Source: an uncultured Gemmatimonadaceae bacterium
GTDB lineage: Bacteria; Latescibacterota; UBA2968; UBA8231
Reading direction: 5' to 3'
NCBI GenBank assembly: GCA_937919035.1
Contig: CALFPI010000259.1
Coordinates: 1-60,164, forward strand
DNA length: 60,164 nt
The translations under genes were made by a program, and so were the position numbers. Each line of letters begins with the position of its first letter. Position 1 is the first letter of the stretch. This document shows, piece after piece, positions 53,698-60,164 of this stretch. The notes under the pieces are model-generated. The model was given only the letters and a program-made list of their open reading frames with translations. It made no database searches and was not told the DNA's origin.

Positions 53698-54609
53698 ATG
53701 ACCAGCAGCAGGCGCTACACCTTGTATGTCCTGGCCTCCGCGGTTGCCAGCGCGGCGGGCATCATCACCACCGAGATCCTGCTCGGATTCTACGCCCTGC
53801 CCGCTCTCGATGTAGTCATCCCGGCCAATGTCATCGGCGGGTTGTTGCTGTTGTCGGTCGCCACGGTTCAGGGCAACCGTGGGTGGCGGAGCTGGCCGGC
53901 AACCGACTGGTTGCGGCTGCTGGCAGCGGCAACGGCGACGTATGCGCTTGCTTTCGTGCTTCTCTACGAGGCGATCGGCCGCATAGGCTCAAGCAAGGTG
54001 ACCCTGCTGGGCCGACTGGAGGTCATCTTCATCGTCGGCCTGTCCGTCATCTTCCTGGGCGAACGCTGGACTCTGCGCCATTGGATCGCCAGCGGTCTGG
54101 CTCTTGCCGGTGCTGCCCTCGTCAACTTTGACCCCGCCGCCCTCGACCTGCAGATCGGTCCGGGGGAGATCCTGAGCCTGCTGGCGGCGCTGGTCTTCTC
54201 CGTCGGCATCGTCGTGCTCAAGTCCCTGGTCGATCGTCAGGACGGCTTGCTCGTAACCGGCTTCGGACTGTTGCTGGGTGCGGCGCTGCTTACACCTTTT
54301 GCGCTGTACCAAGGCACGGCCTTCACCGCGTTGCGTGAGGCCGGCGCCGGGACAGCGCTGACATTGGTGCTGCGCGGGCTGTTTCTGGGGATCGCCTGGG
54401 TGACCTACAACGTGGCGATGAAACATCTGGGGGCGTCGCGCTGCACGATGATGTTTCTCACCATCGTCGTCTTCACCGTGGCCATGCAACTGTTACTCAA
54501 CGCGCTGGCGCCCGGCCTCGGCCTGCGGGTGCCGGGGAACCTTCTCACCGCCCTTGTGGGCGGAACGATCATCGGCGGCGCGGTTTTTTTGCTGCAGCGA
54601 CAGGAGTGA
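53698..54609 (+). CDS. EamA/DMT-family transporter
   Basis: 303 aa from ATG 53698, with 10 hydrophobic segments and an EamA-type two-repeat layout. Confidence 0.7.
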   Translation: MTSSRRYTLYVLASAVASAAGIITTEILLGFYALPALDVVIPANVIGGLLLLSVATVQGNRGWRSWPATDWLRLLAAATATYALAFVLLYEAIGRIGSSKVTLLGRLEVIFIVGLSVIFLGERWTLRHWIASGLALAGAALVNFDPAALDLQIGPGEILSLLAALVFSVGIVVLKSLVDRQDGLLVTGFGLLLGAALLTPFALYQGTAFTALREAGAGTALTLVLRGLFLGIAWVTYNVAMKHLGASRCTMMFLTIVVFTVAMQLLLNALAPGLGLRVPGNLLTALVGGTIIGGAVFLLQRQE

Positions 54610-56482
54610 GCACCGGTAGGTCAACAAAACTGGCGGCCCCTGGTGCATGATGGATCCGCTGTGTCGCCCGAATGAAGTCTTCCGGTTGGGCCCAGGCGAT
54701 GTTGTCGACAAAGGTCTGCGGGTTGCGGTCACACAGCGGAAACCAGGAGCTCTGGATCTGGACCAGCAGACGATGCCCCGTCAGGAACGTGTGGTTGACA
54801 TGGGGCATGGTGACGCGGTAGGGCAGCACTTCGTCGGCTGGAATCGGCCGCGCCGTGGTAAAGCTCTGGCGGTAACGGCCCCGCAGAATGTCACCGGAGA
54901 TCATCAGCTGATAGCCGCCAAGCTCCGGCTGCGCTGGTACTTCGTTGGGATACAGGTCGATGAGTTTGACGACCCAGTCGGCATCCGTGCCGGTCGTGGC
55001 GGCAAACAGGGTCGCCGTCAGCTCACCGGCGAGGGTGAGGGGATCACACAGGGGCGCACTGACAAAGACGAGCACGTCCGTGCGGTCGGCAAAGGGACGT
55101 TGGTCATCCACCAGCCACCGTCGCCAGGTGGATCCGGCGCCGCCAAAGGACGGAACGATGGGGCGCACGCGGTACGGCACGGGTTTGGCCGGGTCCGAGA
55201 CATACTCTGTACAGCATGTCCCGTCACCGGGCGGCGGGGCGAAACTCAACCCACCCTCGGGTTGCAGATAGAGACGTCCCACAGCCGGTTTTGGCTCGTG
55301 GTTCTGTTTCGGTGGCCATGCGTCGTAGGTCCGCCAGATATTGGCGCCCGTCTCGAATGCCAGCACCGCCGGCAACGGCGTCGCTGGCTCAACGCCCTTC
55401 AGGTGCTGATCCCAGAAGGGCTGGAGCAGGCCCTGACGAAACTGCAGGGACGTGTCGGCACCCCAGCGCATGCTGCCAAGTTCCGAGCCATCTCCCGTCG
55501 ACTGCCCATGACACCACGGTCCGATCGCCAGATGGGCTCGGGTGCCGGCTCGATCGCGCCCAGCCATCGCCGCATGGCTCAACATGGGACCGTAGAGGTC
55601 CTCCTGGTCAAAAAGGCTGTGGACGGTAAGCACGGGGACCTTGCGCGGCGCTTTTGCCAGCAGATCGTGCAGCGCCTGATCCTGCCAGTATTCGTCGTAG
55701 GCGGCATGTTGCAGCAAGCGGTTCCAGGCGGGGAGTTTGTCAGCACCGTAGCGCTGGCCCAGTTCCCCGATGGACCCTGCTTCGAGCACGGCGGTATAGA
55801 AGTCATGGTACCCCCAGGGGATGCCCTGGCTGGCGTTGTTGCTCGCTGTCTGTCGGTAGACGTACTCAAGCATCACCGTGCGGAAAGCCCCGTGCCGGTA
55901 GAAGTCGTCTCCCAGCCAGCAGTCGACCATGGAGTTGACGGGCACCGCCGCTTTTAATGCCGGGTGCGGGTCCAGCAATGCCATCAGCGTCAGGAAGCCG
56001 TCGTACGACACGCCGGTAATGCCGACGCGGCCATTGTTGCCTGGAACATGGGCCAGCAGCCAGTCGATCGTGTCGGCGGCGTCCGTCACCTGATCGATCT
56101 TGCCGGAGTTGAAGGGGCCACGTGTCGGCATGGTCATGACGTACTGCCCTTTGGAGCCGAATCGACCGCGCACATCCTGATAGACGCGGATGTAGCCGTC
56201 CCGCACCAACGCCTCGTCCGCCGGGGGCAGAGCCATGGCAATGTCCGGGCTCTCGACGCGGGTCGCGCGTTTGGCCGCGCTGTACGGTGTGCGGGTAAAG
56301 ATGATGGGCATCTTGCCATCGACATCGTGTGGGATCATGACGATGGTGAACAGCTTGATGCCGTCACGCATGGGTACCATCGCCTCCATGCGCGTGTGAT
56401 TGAAACCCTGGGTCTGCTTGGTGAAGCGACGGGGAACATCACTGCTGTGGGACAGGTCGTTGGTCTTGCGCGATTTTGCCAT
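54569..56482 (-). CDS. CocE/NonD-family hydrolase (S15 X-Pro dipeptidyl-peptidase-like)
   Basis: 637 aa from ATG 56482. Motifs include MVPMRDGIKLFT, RTPY, DVRGRFGSKG and the nucleophile GVSYDGF, plus a C-terminal jelly-roll domain. The rest of the 1269-aa ORF is an antisense shadow. Confidence 0.8.
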   Translation of the reverse strand: MAKSRKTNDLSHSSDVPRRFTKQTQGFNHTRMEAMVPMRDGIKLFTIVMIPHDVDGKMPIIFTRTPYSAAKRATRVESPDIAMALPPADEALVRDGYIRVYQDVRGRFGSKGQYVMTMPTRGPFNSGKIDQVTDAADTIDWLLAHVPGNNGRVGITGVSYDGFLTLMALLDPHPALKAAVPVNSMVDCWLGDDFYRHGAFRTVMLEYVYRQTASNNASQGIPWGYHDFYTAVLEAGSIGELGQRYGADKLPAWNRLLQHAAYDEYWQDQALHDLLAKAPRKVPVLTVHSLFDQEDLYGPMLSHAAMAGRDRAGTRAHLAIGPWCHGQSTGDGSELGSMRWGADTSLQFRQGLLQPFWDQHLKGVEPATPLPAVLAFETGANIWRTYDAWPPKQNHEPKPAVGRLYLQPEGGLSFAPPPGDGTCCTEYVSDPAKPVPYRVRPIVPSFGGAGSTWRRWLVDDQRPFADRTDVLVFVSAPLCDPLTLAGELTATLFAATTGTDADWVVKLIDLYPNEVPAQPELGGYQLMISGDILRGRYRQSFTTARPIPADEVLPYRVTMPHVNHTFLTGHRLLVQIQSSWFPLCDRNPQTFVDNIAWAQPEDFIRATQRIHHAPGAASFVDLPVLTPVAAAKKPRRR

Positions 56483-56689
56483 GTGAGCATGTCCCCGGGA
56501 CTGAAACGGGAGGAAAGAAAATGGTTGCTGGCAGCACGGAGGATTATCTGTCGACGTTGCCACAGGTGTTGGGAGCAAGATAGGATTGTGCTCGGACGAT
56601 ACCAACCGACGAAGTACCCTCGTGTGCGGGCAAGGATCGTTGTATTCTCTGGGCCCCAACTGTGCTACGCCATCTGAAAGGACCTCGCC

Positions 56690-58315
56690 ATGCAACAAAC
56701 AGATGCTTGCGCCGCCCTGTCCATCACTCCCTTTCTGACGGACCGAGATGCCGGCGGTCCGAACACCCATGGGAACATCTATCAGGCCATCGGTGTGGAA
56801 CCCATTATCAACTGTCGGGGCACATTCACCATCATTGGAGGTTCGGTCGAGAGACCTGAAGTCCTGCAGGCGATGGAGGCTGCTGCCGGCTACTTCGTGC
56901 AGTACGACGAGCTGGCCGCCGCCGTCGGGCAGAAGCTGGCACACATCACCGGCGCTGAGTGGGGGCTGATTGCCTCGGGTTGTGCTGCGGGCATCCGCCA
57001 CGTCACCACCGCCTGCGTAACGGGAGGCAATCCGGAGAAACTTGTACGCATTCCGAATCTGTCGGGCTTCGACAAGACCCAGGTCATCATCCCCAGATCC
57101 TCCCGCAACGTGTACGACCATGCGGTGCGCAACGTCGGCGTCGAGATCATCATGGTGGATACGCCCCAGCAGCTGGAGCAGGCGATCAACCCGAAGACGG
57201 CCATGATCTACTTCGTCACCGGGCGCGCCTCCGACGCCGATCAGCCCCTGTCGCTGGAGAGGATGGCTGCCATCGCTGCTCCCTGGGGCGTGCCGATCCT
57301 GGCCGATGCCGCCGCCGAGAACCTGACGCTGCCACCGGTGCATCTGGCACGCGGGGCGACGGTTGTGACCTACAGCGGCGGCAAAGCGCTCTGTGGTCCC
57401 CAGTGTGCCGGGCTGGTCCTGGGCCGCAAGGACCTGTTGATATCGGCGTGGCAGGCCAGTGCTCCGCACCATGGTCCGGGGCGGGACGACAAGATCGGCA
57501 AGGAGGAAATCATGGGAATGCTCGCCGCCGTCGAGGCCTGGGTCACCCGCGACCACGAGCAGGAGTGGCAGAACTGGCTGGCCATACTCGCTGACATCGC
57601 GCGGCACGTAACCACCATTGCCGGTGTAACAACGGACGTTGCGGAGCCCACCAGCCTCACGAACCGCGCCCCGAGTCTCAGCATTCGATGGGACCCCGAG
57701 GCACTGCACATCACCGGCGAGGAGGTGGCGGAGGACTTCGCCAGAAAGAGTCCCAGAATCGCCGTGGGCAGTTCGGATGATGACAACAGCGCCAGCATTC
57801 GGATCACTCCGAGCCAGATGCAGCCCGGCAATGCGCAGGTCGTAGCCGAACGCATACACACCATTCTCACGCAGAAGCGGACGCCGCGGTCCAAAAGCAT
57901 GGAACCTGCCGGGGTGGACCTCAGCGGGCCCTGGGATCTGACGATCGATTATTCCACCAGCACCAGCCACCATCGTCTGCTGCTGACGCAGGATGGCAAC
58001 TGGATCGAAGGTGTGCATGAGAGCGACTTCTCCACGCAGGACATCCGTGGCACCATCGAGGCGGACCGGGTAAAACTCCACAGCGCCGCAAGTCAACCGG
58101 GAGACCTGGTCCCCTTCCTGTTCTCCGGCACCTGGGCGGCCGACGCCACCGCCGACGCCACCGCCGACGCCACCACCGACGCCACCGCCGGCGCCATCAC
58201 TGGCTCGATCCACCTGGGCGAATATCTGACGGCGACCTTCGCCGCCCACCGGTGCCAGCGGCAGCGCCCGCGCAGGCCCATCACGATCCCGGGTGGACCG
58301 CCGCTGGCGACCTAG
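56690..58315 (+). CDS. SelA-like / D-glucosaminate-6-phosphate ammonia-lyase (DgaE)-like PLP enzyme with a C-terminal extension
   Basis: IINCRGTFTIIGGS plus the PLP-lysine region TYSGGKALCGPQCAGLVLGRKDLI. A roughly 170-aa C-terminal beta-rich domain carries an (ADAT)n insertion. Confidence 0.7.
   Translation: MQQTDACAALSITPFLTDRDAGGPNTHGNIYQAIGVEPIINCRGTFTIIGGSVERPEVLQAMEAAAGYFVQYDELAAAVGQKLAHITGAEWGLIASGCAAGIRHVTTACVTGGNPEKLVRIPNLSGFDKTQVIIPRSSRNVYDHAVRNVGVEIIMVDTPQQLEQAINPKTAMIYFVTGRASDADQPLSLERMAAIAAPWGVPILADAAAENLTLPPVHLARGATVVTYSGGKALCGPQCAGLVLGRKDLLISAWQASAPHHGPGRDDKIGKEEIMGMLAAVEAWVTRDHEQEWQNWLAILADIARHVTTIAGVTTDVAEPTSLTNRAPSLSIRWDPEALHITGEEVAEDFARKSPRIAVGSSDDDNSASIRITPSQMQPGNAQVVAERIHTILTQKRTPRSKSMEPAGVDLSGPWDLTIDYSTSTSHHRLLLTQDGNWIEGVHESDFSTQDIRGTIEADRVKLHSAASQPGDLVPFLFSGTWAADATADATADATTDATAGAITGSIHLGEYLTATFAAHRCQRQRPRRPITIPGGPPLAT
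58139..58198. repeat. 12-bp tandem repeat x5 (gccgacgccacc), coding
   Basis: Three perfect copies and two diverged ones. They encode ADATADATADATTDATAGAI. Confidence 0.95.
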
Positions 58316-58337
58316 AGCGCCGGCGGCCGCCGCAGAA

Positions 58338-59846
58338 ATGCCGGGCCAACCCCTGCCACGAGATCCCGTGAACGACACCTGGCTGTTTGTCGATGATCAT
58401 CACGTCCTCTACCGCTCCGGCACAAAGCGGGTGTTCCACCCGCCTGTACGTCATGCTGCCAATCCACTGGTGGCGGCCACCGAACCGTGGGAGACGGCAC
58501 TGGCCTGGAACAGCATCTACCACAACCCCGAAACAGGACGGTACCAGTTGTGGTACCAGTCCTACATTGGCAGCCAGCTGCAGGACCGCCGCTATGGCTG
58601 CGTTGTCTGTTATGCCGAATCCGCTGACGGCATCCATTTCAGCAAACCCGATCTCGACCTGTTTGCCTTTGGCGATTGTGCCCGGACCAACATCGTGCTG
58701 CTGGGCAGTGGCGGGCATTCCTTCCGCTACTGCTGCAGCGTGCTGGTCGATGTCGACGAGCCGGACAGGACCCGGCGCTACCGCATGGCCTATTTCGACT
58801 GGACCGAAACAGGCACCGGCCAGCGACCGGGACTGTGTGTCGCCTTCTCTGCAGATGGCATTCACTGGAGCAAACACCATCGGGCCCCGCTGCTGCCGAT
58901 CGCCTATGGGAGCAGCGGCGACGAAGTACCTCTGACTACGGACACAGACCGTGTCTGGGCGGTGCCGTTGTCGATGAGTGATGCGACGGATGTGTTTTTT
59001 GATCCCCTGCACCACGTCTACGCCTGCTACGGCAAGATGTGGATTGATGGCCCGGATGGCCGCATGGCCTGGAAACATGCCATGGGGCGCACCGAGAGCC
59101 CCGATTTTCTCAACTGGTCGATCCCGGAACTCGTCTGTGCCCCGGACGATGAGGACCCGCCCCATGTCGAGTTTCACACGACGCCGGTTTTTTTCCACGC
59201 GGGTGTCTACATCTGCCTCAACCAGATCCTGGATCGTGGAGTCGGAGGCGGCGTGATCGACGTGGAGTTGATGCTCAGCCGCGACGGTCGCGACTGGCGG
59301 CGGCCCTTCCGCGACGAGTTCTTTCTACCCCGCGGTCCTGCTGGAGCCTTTGATGGCGGCTCGATCTTCACCAATTCCACGCCGGTGCTTCTGGAGCAGG
59401 AGATGCGCTTCTACTACGGGGGTTACTCGGCCGGCGCCACCTCCAGTGATAACGACCGGCACGCCAGCGGGGTCGGTCTGGCGACGCTGCCCCGCGATCG
59501 TTTTGCCGGCCTGGCACCCCTGGCGCTGACAGATCTGTCGACGCAGCGACAACCCGTTCACGGTGTGGGCCAGGTGACGCTGCGAAAAATGTCGGTCTCC
59601 GGGTTGCGGGGCCTGGAACTGAATGCCGACGCCGGTTCGGGGTGTGTGCGTGTCGAGTTGCTGGATGTGGGGGGCCGGCGCATGCCGGGCTACACGCTGC
59701 AAGAAGCGGTGCCCATTCGTGGCGATGGCCTGCGGCACCCGGTGACCTGGCAGCACCGGCAGTTGCAGGACCTGCAGGGCGAGTTCATGCTGCGCCTGCA
59801 TCTGCAGCAGGCGACGGTCTATGCGCTGCACCGGATCCGCACCTAG
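58338..59846 (+). CDS. Beta-propeller glycoside-hydrolase-like protein (GH32/43/130-type fold, family not resolved)
   Basis: 502 aa from ATG 58338. WYQSY, YAESADGIHFSKP, AFSADGIHWSKH and RFYYGG are blade-like repeats typical of five-bladed propeller hydrolases. Confidence 0.5.
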   Translation: MPGQPLPRDPVNDTWLFVDDHHVLYRSGTKRVFHPPVRHAANPLVAATEPWETALAWNSIYHNPETGRYQLWYQSYIGSQLQDRRYGCVVCYAESADGIHFSKPDLDLFAFGDCARTNIVLLGSGGHSFRYCCSVLVDVDEPDRTRRYRMAYFDWTETGTGQRPGLCVAFSADGIHWSKHHRAPLLPIAYGSSGDEVPLTTDTDRVWAVPLSMSDATDVFFDPLHHVYACYGKMWIDGPDGRMAWKHAMGRTESPDFLNWSIPELVCAPDDEDPPHVEFHTTPVFFHAGVYICLNQILDRGVGGGVIDVELMLSRDGRDWRRPFRDEFFLPRGPAGAFDGGSIFTNSTPVLLEQEMRFYYGGYSAGATSSDNDRHASGVGLATLPRDRFAGLAPLALTDLSTQRQPVHGVGQVTLRKMSVSGLRGLELNADAGSGCVRVELLDVGGRRMPGYTLQEAVPIRGDGLRHPVTWQHRQLQDLQGEFMLRLHLQQATVYALHRIRT

Positions 59847-60080
59847 ACCCAGGAGTACGCGGCGCCAAGCCACCCTTCGGTACGGCTTGGGCACGTCGGC
59901 ATCAAAACTAGGTTCGCGGCACTGTCATGGCGCGATCTTCTGTGTAGGTAGGGAGCCATGGCCATCTGAACCATGTGGCGGGTCGCGAGTTGCCCCTAGC
60001 TGTCACCTTGAGTGCTCCGCCACCAACCGGTATCCTTGAGGATTCTCAGGCAGTCTCCCTCCGCACGCTACCGGTCGCCC

Positions 60081-60164
60081 ATGTCGCGCAATCTCATCGC
60101 CCTGCAGAACAAGTTTCTCGGTGAAGGCCAGACGGTCTACGACGAACTGGTCCGCCTGCACCAG
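60081..60164 (+). CDS. Start of an unidentified gene (3' end outside the window)
   Basis: ATG 60081 opens a frame (MSRNLIALQNKFLGEGQTVYDELVRLHQ) that runs to the window edge. It is too short to classify. Confidence 0.3.
   Translation, partial: MSRNLIALQNKFLGEGQTVYDELVRLHQ

Noticed and set aside
14465-58198. Whether the short direct repeats represent CRISPR arrays or a dispersed REP/MITE family.
   Set aside because: The repeats are strictly tandem with no spacers and have only 2-5 copies. The unit sequences differ at every locus. No cas genes or terminal inverted repeats are present.
56483-58378. Upstream two-thirds of the 1269-aa minus-strand ORF (54569..58378).
   Set aside because: This part lies antisense to the well-supported SelA-like gene (56690..58315). 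It is Gly/Arg/Pro-rich and low-complexity, including GGVGGGVGGGVGGGV from the antisense of the ADAT repeat. The CocE/NonD homology begins only at ATG 56482. It is a high-GC shadow ORF.
59865-59890. Hairpin ccaagcc-N12-ggcttgg downstream of the last complete gene, as a possible terminator.
   Set aside because: The loop is 12 nt, the stem only 7 bp, and no U-tract follows. This is too weak to annotate.
1-60164. tRNA, rRNA, transposase or integrase genes, and sigma54 promoters.
   Set aside because: I noticed no T-loop/acceptor-like structure and no rRNA-like stretch. No ORF has DDE, tyrosine-recombinase or serine-recombinase motifs. The TGGCAC occurrences I checked (about 13061, 25246 and 35491) lack the TTGC element at the correct spacing.

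Overview
GC-rich (not computed) chromosomal segment from what looks like a diderm, flagellated bacterium. Evidence for that: outer-membrane beta-barrel candidates, a lipoprotein, and a flagellin gene with a sigma28-type promoter.

I support about 58 protein-coding genes. They are densely packed, and many sit in translationally coupled operons with ATGA/GTGA start-stop overlaps. I saw no rRNA, tRNA, CRISPR array, transposase or integrase. Many long ORFs in the track are antisense shadows typical of high-GC DNA.

**Gene content, left to right:**
- Glutaredoxin-like protein, EamA transporter, EF-G/TetM-type GTPase, GT2-like glycosyltransferase, and a CheY-AraC regulator.
- An eight-gene minus-strand operon: M20 amidohydrolase, degenerate shikimate-kinase-like protein, DUF480, PhyH-HEAT fusion, HTTM membrane protein, PhyH, and a KGSADH-type aldehyde dehydrogenase.
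- Smr protein and a Gfo/Idh/MocA oxidoreductase.
- An NDP-sugar salvage-like operon: nucleotidyltransferase, GHMP kinase, mini GGDEF-like protein, AGE-family epimerase, lipoprotein.
- CrtI-like oxidoreductase with an ABC-2 exporter.
- Porin-like protein, type-1-copper cupredoxin and a hybrid histidine kinase.
- AmpD-like amidase and a small methyltransferase.
- Three unknown genes in a lower-GC patch.
- PAS-HisKA_2 kinase, flagellin, and a zinc-ribbon protein.
- DUF1611 (DgcN-like) with an enolase-superfamily epimerase.
- Outer-membrane protein, Spy/CpxP-like protein, and CheY with a YhcG_N-domain protein.
- glgP.
- An operon joining a large unknown membrane protein, PhyH, glpK and glpD.
- A glycan/amino-sugar-type island: BNR sialidase-like protein, a 589-aa unknown, EamA, CocE/NonD hydrolase, SelA/DgaE-like PLP enzyme, and a beta-propeller hydrolase-like protein.

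**Most interesting observations:**
1. The HTTM protein flanked by two Fe(II)/2OG dioxygenases.
2. glpKD translationally fused to an unknown polytopic membrane protein and a PhyH dioxygenase, in place of glpF.
3. Eleven near-perfect short tandem duplications (12-20 bp). Several sit exactly on gene boundaries or promoters.
4. A GTPase whose P-loop lies upstream of any canonical start codon.
5. Two decayed gene relics, one AIM24-family and one possible sigma54-EBP.
6. A stand-alone SGDEI GGDEF-like protein inside a sugar-activation operon.

All family assignments come from motif recognition by eye. None were confirmed by database search.
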